From the NCBI GenBank assembly GCA_963772725.1, contig CAVYYI010000001.1:1216001-1280000 (forward strand): a DNA stretch of 64,000 bases, given 5' to 3'. Within the stretch, counting starts at the first letter, position 1. Every line of letters starts with the position of its first letter. Of this stretch, positions 22,075 through 31,278 are shown in pieces. The DNA comes from an uncultured Phycisphaerales bacterium (GTDB lineage Bacteria > Planctomycetota > Phycisphaerae > Sedimentisphaerales > Anaerobacaceae). The notes under the pieces are model-generated. The model did no database searches. It was not told the origin of the DNA and saw only the letters and a program-made list of their open reading frames with translations. Made by a program: the position numbers and the translations under genes.

Positions 22075-22390
22075 TGTCCGTATTTAACAATCCATTGAAA
22101 AATTATTTGGTTTATTTTGCGGGAAAGGAGAGAAAAAGTCAAGGCGAAAAGAAAGCATTTGGCGGAAAGTCCACCCTTCGCAAATAATATAAAAACCGCG
22201 AGGCAGACCTCGTGGCTAAACCTGACCCACAGCATGTTTCGATAAACTCAGAGCAGGCAGGCGGCGAAGAGTGAATACCCATCCGGCATAGGTCCGGGGG
22301 CTAATTGATGCGGAAAGGAATACGGATGCAGCGACAAATACGGAATGACGCGGCTATGCCCTAAGAGCACAGAGGTATGATTTTGTTTAA

Positions 22391-22531
22391 TCAGTCGCCG
22401 CCGCTGAGAAGGTTTGCAGTAGATTCAGCGGACCATTTAAGGTCGCCGCCTACGCCTGCCACGGTCTGACAGCCTGCCAACCACAGCACCGCGACAACCA
22501 GAAAACCGATTAAAATAATTTTCCTGAACAT
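22391..22531 (-). CDS. Entericidin EcnA/B-like small lipoprotein (46 aa, absent from ORF track)
   Basis: MFRKIILIGFLVVAVLWLAGCQTVAGVGGDLKWSAESTANLLSGGD*; lipobox LAGC followed by xTVxGxGxD. Confidence 0.8.
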   Translation of the reverse strand: MFRKIILIGFLVVAVLWLAGCQTVAGVGGDLKWSAESTANLLSGGD

Positions 22532-22624
22532 TTTGTTAGTTCCTGTTTTATTTACAGTAATATATGTATAATATCGGCCAAAGAGCGGGTTTTACGACAG
22601 TTTATTATTGAAAAACGCTGTAAA

Positions 22625-23395
22625 ATGAAAATTGCCAGCTATAACGTCAATTCGATACGAATGCGTCTGCCGTTAGTGCTTGATTGGCTGAAAGAGGCGC
22701 AGCCTGACGCGCTGTGCGTTCAGGAGACGAAGGTTCAGGACGCCGAATTTCCCGCTGGTGCTTTCGAGCAGAGCGGGTATAAATGTGTTTACAAAGGGCA
22801 GAAAGGTTATAACGGCGTGGCAATTTTCAGCAAAACCGAGCCGAAAAACGTGTCGTTCGGACTTGACGATGAGCCGAAAGACGAGGCCAGATTTATAAAG
22901 GCTGAAATAAACGGCGTAATCGTTGTCAATACTTATGTGCCGCAGGGAAATTCGCCGGAATCAGAAAAATTCCAGTATAAATTAGACTGGTTCAAAAGGC
23001 TGGCGAAGTTCTTTAATAAGCATTTCAAGCCGAGCGACCCTGTTGTCTGGCTCGGCGATTTGAATATCGCTCCTGAGCCGATAGATGTGTACGACCCGAA
23101 AACCCTGCTGGGCCATGTCTGTTTTCATCCGGAGGTTCACAAGGAGCTGCAGGAAGTTATGAAATGGGGCTTTGCGGATGTTTTCAGGATGCACTGCAAA
23201 GAAGCGGGACAATATACTTTCTGGGATTTCAGGCTGCCGAATGTGATCAAAAGGAATCTGGGCTGGCGGATTGACCATATTATGGCAACCAAAGACTTAG
23301 CTGAAAAAAGTACCGCTTGTTATATTGATAAGAATCCCCGAATGGAGGAAAAACCCAGCGACCACACGCCCATCGTCGCCGAATTCAACTGGTAA
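22625..23395 (+). CDS. xth: Exodeoxyribonuclease III
   Basis: MKIASYNVNSIR, VQETK, YNGVAI, GDLNIAP, WRIDH, PSDH. Confidence 0.95.
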   Translation: MKIASYNVNSIRMRLPLVLDWLKEAQPDALCVQETKVQDAEFPAGAFEQSGYKCVYKGQKGYNGVAIFSKTEPKNVSFGLDDEPKDEARFIKAEINGVIVVNTYVPQGNSPESEKFQYKLDWFKRLAKFFNKHFKPSDPVVWLGDLNIAPEPIDVYDPKTLLGHVCFHPEVHKELQEVMKWGFADVFRMHCKEAGQYTFWDFRLPNVIKRNLGWRIDHIMATKDLAEKSTACYIDKNPRMEEKPSDHTPIVAEFNW

Positions 23396-23416
23396 CTTGA
23401 CGTCGCTGACTGATTT

Positions 23417-23695
23417 TTAATCTCTCGACTTACTCAAATTTATCAATTCTGCCCGGTCACCTTTTATTAACGCTAATTTTTTGGATTTGCTCCAGCGTTT
23501 TATTTGCTGCTCCCGTTTCTCAGCATTTAACCTGTCTTGGAATACCTCTGTATATAAGATTTTCTTGGGTCTGTTATAACTTGTGTAATGACCGCCATTA
23601 CCTGCTTGGTGGTCTTTGAACCGGCGTTCTATATTATTGGTTACCCCTGTGTATAAGGCTTTATTATGGCACTCTAAGATATATACATACCACAT
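23417..23695 (-). CDS. Stand-alone GIY-YIG nuclease (YhbQ/UPF0213-like)
   Basis: MWYVYILEC..LYTGVTNNIERRFKDH..REQQIKRWSKSKKLALI; start moved to ATG 23695. Confidence 0.9.
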   Translation of the reverse strand: MWYVYILECHNKALYTGVTNNIERRFKDHQAGNGGHYTSYNRPKKILYTEVFQDRLNAEKREQQIKRWSKSKKLALIKGDRAELINLSKSRD

Positions 23696-23700
23696 CTTTG

Positions 23701-23805
23701 TCCCTCGACGCATTCGCCCTTCGGGCTTTACTTGCTCGGGATGGTTCGACGCCACAGATGGTGAGCAAGACAGATGGCTATTTAGCCATCTGTCGCGTCG
23801 AACCA
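23701..23805. repeat. Nested palindromic (REP-like) element between tRNA-Gln and the GIY-YIG gene
   Basis: TGGTTCGACGC 23742-52 / GCGTCGAACCA 23795-805; inner perfect 12-bp inverted repeat GACAGATGGCTA-tt-TAGCCATCTGTC 23769-94. Confidence 0.85.
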
Positions 23806-23876
23806 CTGGGGAACAAGGATTCGGACCTTGACTAACTGATCCAGAGTCAGTTGTGCTACCATTACACTATTCCCCA
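23806..23876 (-). tRNA. tRNA-Gln(CTG)
   Basis: TGGGGAATAGTGTAATGGTAGCACAACTGACTCTGGATCAGTTAGTCAAGGTCCGAATCCTTGTTCCCCAG folds as a cloverleaf; anticodon CTG; no encoded CCA. Confidence 0.93.
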
Positions 23877-23929
23877 ACTGACAAATCAGCAGGATAATTT
23901 ACATTCAAAGGTATGATATTGCAAGAAAA

Positions 23930-25180
23930 TTAAAATGAATCCCCAATGGCGAATTCACGCACGCCATCGACGACCCTGCACACATGTACGGCATATTTAT
24001 CCGCATAATCAGGTCTGCTGAGAGGATAGCCGTTATCGACGGCTTCTTTGACCGCATCGACACTGTCCGCTTTAACCAATGCTCCGCTTGCGCCTTTATC
24101 GCCGCCGCCGAGCATTCTCTCGCCGAGAACACCCGGAACCGCTCTAACCAAATCGCACATAGTCTCCAGTTCAGGGCCGGAAATTTTATATTCATCCCGC
24201 AAGCCAATACCATCCTGCCTGAATATCTGCCCGACAGTTTCAATGTCTCCAGCCTTCCACGCGTCAAGCATCTTATAAAATCGCTGCTGAGCGTTGAAGA
24301 TATATTTCAACCGGTCGCACAAATCCGGATACCGTTGCTTGAATTCTTTCATTATCTTTTCATAAAGCTTATTATCGCGTATGTCCGCCAGGCAGGAGAT
24401 TTTGTAATTAGCCTTTTGCAGAATGGAGACGAACTGTTCGCATTCCGTTCTTCTGATTTTGTAGGTTGACTTTTCGAGTCCTGGACGGACGGTGCCGGTA
24501 TCAAGACTTATGATTCTAAAATCGGTCGCGCCCGACCCAAGCGGGACATAATCTATCGAGCATTTCTGCGGATTATAGTGTGTCCCCATACCTTCTTTGG
24601 AAAAAAGAATCATAATCTGGTCGAGCTTGCCGCAGGGGGAACCGATGTAATCGTTTTCGACCGCCTGCGCAAGGTCAACAATTCTGAACTGGTCTTCGAC
24701 TTTGATATTGTTGGCGTCAAGCAGGGACAAAATAAGATTCAGGCTCAAAGATGCAGAGCGGGACATCCCGCCGCCGGGAATATTACCGTAAAGAACCGCG
24801 TCGATTCCGTTTTTCAGTTTGAAGCCTTCACGTCTCAGGATGTATTCAACGCCGTAAGGGAACCTGCCCCAAGTATCAGCGACAGCAGCAGACTTAGGCT
24901 CTGGAACTTTACCGAGGCTGAACTCAATAACACCGTCATCGGGAAAATTGCCGCTGAACAATCGCATTTTACCGTCAGTGTTCGGCTTATATGCCATCCA
25001 GATGAACCTGTCCGTGCCGACACCGAACAATTCTGTGCCGTTATAATCGCCGTGTTCGACCCCCAGGCAAAAACGTGAGGATGTCCTGCGGATTTTTGCG
25101 CCTTTAATACTTATGCCAGACTGCTTAGATAGTTTAACAATGGTATCGGCGGCGCTTTTGTCCTCTGTATTTATACTCAT
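23930..25180 (-). CDS. Galactokinase-like GHMP sugar kinase
   Basis: CLGVEHGDYNG, PGGGMSRSAS ATP loop, ENDYIGSPCGKLDQ, GERMLGGG. Confidence 0.85.
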   Translation of the reverse strand: MSINTEDKSAADTIVKLSKQSGISIKGAKIRRTSSRFCLGVEHGDYNGTELFGVGTDRFIWMAYKPNTDGKMRLFSGNFPDDGVIEFSLGKVPEPKSAAVADTWGRFPYGVEYILRREGFKLKNGIDAVLYGNIPGGGMSRSASLSLNLILSLLDANNIKVEDQFRIVDLAQAVENDYIGSPCGKLDQIMILFSKEGMGTHYNPQKCSIDYVPLGSGATDFRIISLDTGTVRPGLEKSTYKIRRTECEQFVSILQKANYKISCLADIRDNKLYEKIMKEFKQRYPDLCDRLKYIFNAQQRFYKMLDAWKAGDIETVGQIFRQDGIGLRDEYKISGPELETMCDLVRAVPGVLGERMLGGGDKGASGALVKADSVDAVKEAVDNGYPLSRPDYADKYAVHVCRVVDGVREFAIGDSF

Positions 25181-25291
25181 TTATATTATCTCCTGCTGTA
25201 AATATACCACCTCTCGATAAATCAGGCAATACTTACAAATAATCGTACTAACACATAACAACACTGATGTCAATAAAGTAATGTCCATCTA

Positions 25292-26519
25292 CAGGGCAAA
25301 CGCATCTAAATTTTATTGTTAATTCAGGTTAGTTCTTGGAATAGCCCGATAACTTTTGTATGGAAACTTATATTATTGCTATACAGGAGTTTAGAATGGA
25401 CAAAACACTGCTGGATTATTTTTCAGACCTGCCTGATCCCCGGGTTGAGCGAACAAAATTGCACAAATTGGAAGATATTTTGGCTATCACAATTTGTGCG
25501 GTCATCTGCGGAGCGGAAGGATGGAATGAAATTGAATTGTTTGGCCAATGCAAACAGCAGTGGCTGGAGAGTTTTTTGGAATTGCCCAACGGCATACCAT
25601 CCCATGACACTTTTGCACGTGTGGTTTCTTCGATAAAGCCGGATGATTTTGAGCAGCGTTTTCAGAGATGGATACAGGCTCTTGCTAAAAACACGGGTGA
25701 AAAAATAATAGCGATTGACGGCAAAACTCTGCGAAGATCGTTTGATACAGCCAACCGCAAGGCGGCGATTCACATGGTTAGTGCATGGGCTTGCGAGAAT
25801 AAAATGGTCTTTGGCCAGGTCGTTACGGACGGCAAGAGCAATGAAATCACCGCTATCCCAAAATTGCTTGAAATGCTGGTTTTAGATGGTTCTGTGGTAA
25901 CTATAGATGCAATGGGTTGTCAGAAGAAGATAGCTGAAAAAATAATCGACGGCAACGGGGACTACGTTTTCAGTTTAAAAGGTAATCATGGCACATTGCA
26001 CGAAGAGGTCAAATTGTTTATGGACGATGCTATTGCCAATAGGGGCAGTTGTGATTACAGTTGTGATACCGATGGCGGTCATGGCCGAGTAGAGACTCGG
26101 AAAATATGGTGCAGTGAGAATGTCCAATGGATGCAGGACCTTAAACAATGGCAGGGCTTGTCGAGCCTGATAGCGGTTGAATCGCAAAGAGTTCAGAGCG
26201 ATAAAACCACCGTTGAAAGGCGTTACTTTATAAGCAGTCTTGCCGGAAAAGACGCCAGAGCGATGGGGCAAATAATTCGAGAACATTGGGGCGTTGAAAA
26301 TAAACTGCACTGGAGTCTTGATGTGAGCTTTGGCGAGGACAACTGCCGTATTCGCAAAGACTTCGGAGCAGAAAATTTTTCTCGGTTGCGTCGGATAGCC
26401 CTGAATCTGCTAAAACAGGAAAAAACCTTGAAACGCGGGATTAAAGCCAAACAGCACAAAGCTGGATGGGATGAGCAATATTTGCTGAAAGTACTACAAA
26501 TTTAGATGCGTTTGCCCTG
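25292..26519 (+). mobile_element. Complete ISAs1-family insertion sequence
   Basis: Perfect 22-bp TIRs CAGGGCAAACGCATCTAAATTT (25292-313 / 26498-519); 10-bp target duplication TGTCCATCTA (25282-91, 26520-29). Confidence 0.97.
25396..26505 (+). CDS. ISAs1-family DDE transposase
   Basis: LPDPR, GIPSHDTF, AIDGKTLR, KSNEITAIP, TIDAMGCQ, HWGVENKLHWSLDVSFGED; AGGAG RBS before ATG 25396. Confidence 0.96.
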   Translation: MDKTLLDYFSDLPDPRVERTKLHKLEDILAITICAVICGAEGWNEIELFGQCKQQWLESFLELPNGIPSHDTFARVVSSIKPDDFEQRFQRWIQALAKNTGEKIIAIDGKTLRRSFDTANRKAAIHMVSAWACENKMVFGQVVTDGKSNEITAIPKLLEMLVLDGSVVTIDAMGCQKKIAEKIIDGNGDYVFSLKGNHGTLHEEVKLFMDDAIANRGSCDYSCDTDGGHGRVETRKIWCSENVQWMQDLKQWQGLSSLIAVESQRVQSDKTTVERRYFISSLAGKDARAMGQIIREHWGVENKLHWSLDVSFGEDNCRIRKDFGAENFSRLRRIALNLLKQEKTLKRGIKAKQHKAGWDEQYLLKVLQI

Positions 26520-26621
26520 TGTCCATCTAACATAAAAAACTGTTTTTTTGTTTTTTTATTGATTTCGAGGACAATAATTATTATAGAATTTTTACCGGAT
26601 TATAAATAGGAGAACGATTAT

Positions 26622-27160
26622 ATGGCTAAAAAAGACATCCATTATACGGCACATTTCGATAAAGTTATTGAAAAACTCCAAGGCGACGGCCTGCTTCTGG
26701 TAACGGCTGGTAAAGACGGTAAGCCTAATGTAATGACTATCGGATGGGGTACTATTGGTGAAATCTGGCACCGGCCGATTTTTATCGTGATGGTGAGACA
26801 TTCGAGGTATACCTTCACTCGGCTTGAAGAGGTAAATGAGTTCACTGTCAATGTTCCCTCAAAGGAACTGGCAAAAGCAACGCATACTGCGGTACTGTTT
26901 CAGCAAGGTATCACGATAAATTCACAGAGATGAATTTAAACGCCGCTGCCGGCAAAAAAGTGAAAGTCCCGATTATTGAACAATGTATTATGCATTATGA
27001 GTGCAGGGTTCTGCATTACAACGAGGTTATTCCTGAAAATCTTGATAGTGCCGTAACAAAAGAAGCGTATCCCAAAGGCGATTTCCACCGTGTCTATTTC
27101 GGTGAGATTTTGGCTTCCTATGCTGATGAAGATATAGAACAGAAATTAAAACGACACTAA
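26622..27160 (+). CDS. Flavin reductase-like (flavoredoxin) protein, one frameshift near 26885
   Basis: PNVMTIGWG, VRHSRYT, EFTVNVP; second fragment VPIIEQCIMHYECRV..HRVYFGEI. Confidence 0.85.
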
Positions 27161-27337
27161 GTCACATTAACAGTATCATTTTCTGGTAAAATATTTTATA
27201 CTAATATAAAATTTATTAAGCATAAAAAGAGTGGAACATTTTTATGTTGAGAAAATGTGCTGCTGTTGGTATTTTGACAGTTGCGTCCCTGTTTCTTTAT
27301 AGTTCAGTGTGATTCGTCAAAAAAGGAGAAAACGAAG

Positions 27338-28384
27338 ATGGGCATTAAAAGGGAGACATTCGGAAAAACTCCCGACGGCAAAAATGCTGACTTATATACC
27401 CTGACCAACAATAAAGGTGTTGAAGTCAGGATAATGACATACGGCGGTACGGTCATTTCTCTTAAAACGCCTGACAAAAACGGCAAATTCGCTGATATTG
27501 TTCTGGGCTGCGATACACTCGATGAATATCTTAAAGGCACGCCGTATTTTGGTTCATTAATAGGCCGCTATGGAAACCGCATCGCAAAAGGCAGATTTAA
27601 ACTCGACGGCGTGGAATATAAACTGGCCACGAATAATGGCGAAAATCACCTTCACGGCGGCATAAAAGGCTTTGATAAAGTCGTCTGGTATGCGCAGGAA
27701 ACAAAAGTCAAAAACGGCGCTGCCCTGAAATTGACATATCTCAGCAAAGATGGCGAAGAAGGATACCCCGGTAATCTCAAATGCACCATTATCTACACAC
27801 TTACAAACGACAACGAGTTGAAAATTCACTATGAGGCGACAACCGATAAAAACACGGTGCTGAACCTCACAAACCACAGCTACTTTAACCTCGGAGGATA
27901 TAATTCCGGCGACATACTCGGACACGAGCTTATGCTCAATGCTGATAATTTTACCCCTGTTGACGCGGGCCTGATACCTACCGGCGAGATTAAATCGGTT
28001 AAAGGAACTCTCATAGACTTCACCAAACCGACACCAATCGGAGAAAGAATCAAACAGGTCGGTGGAAATCCAATTGGCTATGACCACAATTACGTTTTAA
28101 AAAGCTCCAACGGTTCTCTCGCCCTGGCGGCACGGGTCTATGAGCCGAAGACCGGACGTGTTTTGGAAGTTTACACTACCCAGCCCGCTGTTCAGTTCTA
28201 TTCCGGCAACTTTCTCGATGGAACAAATAAAGGAAAGGGCGCGACCTATAATCAATATGACGGATTCTGCCTTGAGACGCAGCACTATCCGGATTCGCCC
28301 AACCAGCCGAAGTTTCCTTCAACAGAGCTTAAACCCGGCGAAAAATATGACCAGTTAACTGTATATAAATTCTCTGTAAAATAA
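27338..28384 (+). CDS. galM: Aldose 1-epimerase
   Basis: GRYGNRIAKG, NHLHGG, EEGYPG, NLTNHSYFNL, GYDHNY, FCLETQHYPD. Confidence 0.95.
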   Translation: MGIKRETFGKTPDGKNADLYTLTNNKGVEVRIMTYGGTVISLKTPDKNGKFADIVLGCDTLDEYLKGTPYFGSLIGRYGNRIAKGRFKLDGVEYKLATNNGENHLHGGIKGFDKVVWYAQETKVKNGAALKLTYLSKDGEEGYPGNLKCTIIYTLTNDNELKIHYEATTDKNTVLNLTNHSYFNLGGYNSGDILGHELMLNADNFTPVDAGLIPTGEIKSVKGTLIDFTKPTPIGERIKQVGGNPIGYDHNYVLKSSNGSLALAARVYEPKTGRVLEVYTTQPAVQFYSGNFLDGTNKGKGATYNQYDGFCLETQHYPDSPNQPKFPSTELKPGEKYDQLTVYKFSVK

Positions 28385-28422
28385 ATTAAAAATAGTTTAA
28401 ACAGTTTTAGCAGGAGATAAAA

Positions 28423-28980
28423 ATGATAATACCTTTGATTATTTTGGCTGTTGTTGTGGTGCTGATTATCGCGGTAATCGGCATATACAACTCACTGGTT
28501 CAGCTGCGCAACCAGGTCGATAACGCATGGTCGCAGATAGATGTGCAGCTCAAACGCAGGCACGACCTGATTCCGAATCTCGTCGAAACCGCAAAAGGCT
28601 ATATGCAGCACGAGAGAGGCACTTTCGAGGCGATTACGAACGCCCGGAGCCAGGCAATGGGCGCAAAAACTGTCTCTGAGACAGCAAAAGCCGAAGGCGC
28701 TCTTGGTGAGGCGTTGAGCAAATTCATGCTCGTTGTCGAAAATTATCCTGACCTCAAGGCAAATCAGAATTTCCTCGCTGTTCAGGAAGAGCTGTCCAGC
28801 ACAGAAAATAAGATTGCGTTTTCACGCCAGAGTTATAACGACGCTGTACTGTTCTTCAATAACCGGATACAGATGTTTCCCTCGAATATAGTCGCAGGAA
28901 CGTTCAGTTTCGCCAAACGGGACTTCTTTGCGGTTGAAAACGCGGCCGAGCGGGCGGTGCCAAAAGTAAGTTTCAGCTAA
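28423..28980 (+). CDS. lemA: LemA family protein
   Basis: YNSLV..AWSQIDVQLKRRHDLIPNLV, ENYPDLKANQNF. Confidence 0.95.
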   Translation: MIIPLIILAVVVVLIIAVIGIYNSLVQLRNQVDNAWSQIDVQLKRRHDLIPNLVETAKGYMQHERGTFEAITNARSQAMGAKTVSETAKAEGALGEALSKFMLVVENYPDLKANQNFLAVQEELSSTENKIAFSRQSYNDAVLFFNNRIQMFPSNIVAGTFSFAKRDFFAVENAAERAVPKVSFS

Positions 28981-28992
28981 CCGTTTTCAATT

Positions 28993-30216
28993 ATGTGGGA
29001 ACTGATAAGGGCAAATAAAAGAAATTCCATCATCCTGATGACACTTATGGCGTTGTGTCTGATAGGACTGGGTCTTGTTATCGGCATCGTCTTTTTCGGA
29101 CAAGATGGTGCTTTTTTCGGGCTTATTATTTCATCTGCCATCTGGACGCTGCTCGCGATAATTAGTTTTTCCTCCGGCGACCAGATACTTTTGTCAGCCA
29201 GTAAAGCTGTTCCAGTTACGCACGATGTGCGTCCGCAGCTTTTCAACGTTGTCGAGGAGATGAGTATCGCCGCGGGTGTGCCGGTACCAAAAATTTATAT
29301 TATCAACGACCCTGCACCAAACGCTTTCGCAACAGGCAGGAGTCCTGAAACCGCTTCTGTCGCCGTAACAGCGGGATTATTGGCAAGATTGAACCGCGAC
29401 GAACTCCAGGGGGTTATCGGCCACGAGATGAGTCATATCGTGCATCGCGACATCCTTTTTGTTACCCTCGCCGGTATTATGCTCGGCTCAATCGTTCTGC
29501 TCTCGCAGGTCTTTTTAAGAAGTATGTTTTACGGCTCAATGGGCTCACGAAGAAGATATTCTTCCGATTCGCGAGACTCCGGCCAGGCCGCGCTAGTGAT
29601 GATGGTAATTGCTATTTTAGCGGCAATTCTCGCACCGATTATGGCACAACTGCTGTATTTCGCCCTTTCGAGAAAACGCGAATATCTCGCCGACGCAGGT
29701 TCTGCCAGACTTACCCGTTACCCCGAGGGACTGGCAAGTGCCCTGGAAAAAATCGCCAACGACCCCGGCCCGGAATTAGCCTCGGCAAATAAAGTTACCG
29801 CGCCGATGTATATTATCAATCCCTTTAAGAAAAAGATGAAACTTTCCGACTGGACAAGCACTCACCCGCCAATCGCTGAACGTGTAAAGATTCTGCGAAA
29901 TATGGGCAGCGGAGTATCATTCAAAAATTATTCCGATGCTTACAGCAGCATAACACACCATAAAACAATTGTACCGGCTTCGGCACTGTCTCCGGAAGAT
30001 ATTGCCTTGCGTCAGGCCTCCGCTGAGAGCAAAGAACAGCAGCGGACAAAACAGATGCATCAGATTGGCGACATTATGCGAAAAGTCAGCGGCTTTTTAT
30101 TGCTCACCTGCGTCTGCGGAATCAAATTAAAAATTCCCCCAAACTACAAAAGTGATAAAGTTCAATGTCCCCGCTGCGGCAGAATATTGAACCTCCCTCA
30201 AACCTCCGAAATATAA
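28993..30216 (+). CDS. htpX: HtpX-like M48 zinc metalloprotease with C-terminal zinc ribbon
   Basis: PNAFATG, HEMSH, SRKREYLAD, STHPP; C-terminal CVCG..CPRCG. Confidence 0.9.
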   Translation: MWELIRANKRNSIILMTLMALCLIGLGLVIGIVFFGQDGAFFGLIISSAIWTLLAIISFSSGDQILLSASKAVPVTHDVRPQLFNVVEEMSIAAGVPVPKIYIINDPAPNAFATGRSPETASVAVTAGLLARLNRDELQGVIGHEMSHIVHRDILFVTLAGIMLGSIVLLSQVFLRSMFYGSMGSRRRYSSDSRDSGQAALVMMVIAILAAILAPIMAQLLYFALSRKREYLADAGSARLTRYPEGLASALEKIANDPGPELASANKVTAPMYIINPFKKKMKLSDWTSTHPPIAERVKILRNMGSGVSFKNYSDAYSSITHHKTIVPASALSPEDIALRQASAESKEQQRTKQMHQIGDIMRKVSGFLLLTCVCGIKLKIPPNYKSDKVQCPRCGRILNLPQTSEI

Positions 30217-30225
30217 ACCGTATAT

Positions 30226-31113
30226 TTATGTTGGCCGCAGAGAATAATCTGACCGCAAGTTTTTAAATGAATTAGGTGAGATACCGAAGACTTTCTTGAA
30301 GGCGCGAGAAAAATGAAACGGGTCATCAAAACCCAGCTCAAAAGCTATCTCTTTAACAAGGATGTCCGGCTGACGTAAACGTTCAGCAGCAGCGGCCATC
30401 TTTAAGTATATCAGGTATTGGTAGGGGCTTTGCGTATCAAACCGTTTGAACAATCGGCATAAATAAGCATGATCAATATTACAGTGGGCGGCAATACTTT
30501 GAAGCGAATTTAATGCGGCAAAGTTATCCTGGATATGCTGTCGACAGCTTTGATAGGTAGCAAATGACCGGGTCAATTGTGTTTTTTCAGTAACTGTTGT
30601 TTCAGCAATTCTATAAAATAAATACTCTAACAGTGTTGAACATATCATGGATTTATACGGGCTGTCCGAAAGACCGTGTCGAATCATATCATCGAAGATT
30701 CGAGTTATTTCATCCGGTCGGCTTACACGAGCTGCCGTTCCGGGGGCTGAAACATATTTCCTGAGCATTTGCTTGGCGGTACTTCCAACAAAATCAACAA
30801 AATATTTTGTCATTACGCGACTCGAATCTGTCGTGATTACCTGGCTGATTTGCGGCCCGTACGAAAAGATAGTTCCAGGTGTTAGAGTAAATGGTTGACC
30901 CGCTAAAATAGCGACACCTTCCCCTTTTGCTACGAACTCTATTGAATAATATGGAAAATCTTTTCTGTCTATCCTGAAATCCGGGCGTGTCTGTTCGCAG
31001 CCGCCGCAAACTATTTTTATCTTCGAACTCCTTTGAGTGGCACCTTCAATGTAAAATCGCTTGGCTTGAACCACCTGCTTGGAAAAAAATTCAGGTTCTT
31101 TTGTTTGTTCCAT
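30226..31113 (-). CDS. AraC-family transcriptional regulator
   Basis: Cupin-like N-terminus; YLCRLFK and LGFDDPFHFSRAFKKVFGISP double HTH. Confidence 0.93.
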   Translation of the reverse strand: MEQTKEPEFFSKQVVQAKRFYIEGATQRSSKIKIVCGGCEQTRPDFRIDRKDFPYYSIEFVAKGEGVAILAGQPFTLTPGTIFSYGPQISQVITTDSSRVMTKYFVDFVGSTAKQMLRKYVSAPGTAARVSRPDEITRIFDDMIRHGLSDSPYKSMICSTLLEYLFYRIAETTVTEKTQLTRSFATYQSCRQHIQDNFAALNSLQSIAAHCNIDHAYLCRLFKRFDTQSPYQYLIYLKMAAAAERLRQPDILVKEIAFELGFDDPFHFSRAFKKVFGISPNSFKNLRSDYSLRPT

Positions 31114-31129
31114 TATAATACTTCCAAAA

Positions 31130-31166
31130 AGTCAAAAAATGGCATGCTTTAGTCAATATTAGCCAT
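31130..31166 (+). promoter_or_regulatory. Putative AraC-type tandem half-sites
   Basis: AGTCAAAAAATGGCAT (31130) and AGTCAATATTAGCCAT (31151), 21-bp period, in the divergent araC/epimerase gap. Confidence 0.6.
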
Positions 31167-31278
31167 TTTTAAGTATTATATTAAGATTATAATACTTTAG
31201 TCAATAAAATATAAAATCAATTTTTTCAGGCTGGCTCGAAAGTGTATCATTAAGTATTTAATTTGAAAGGTTAATAAA

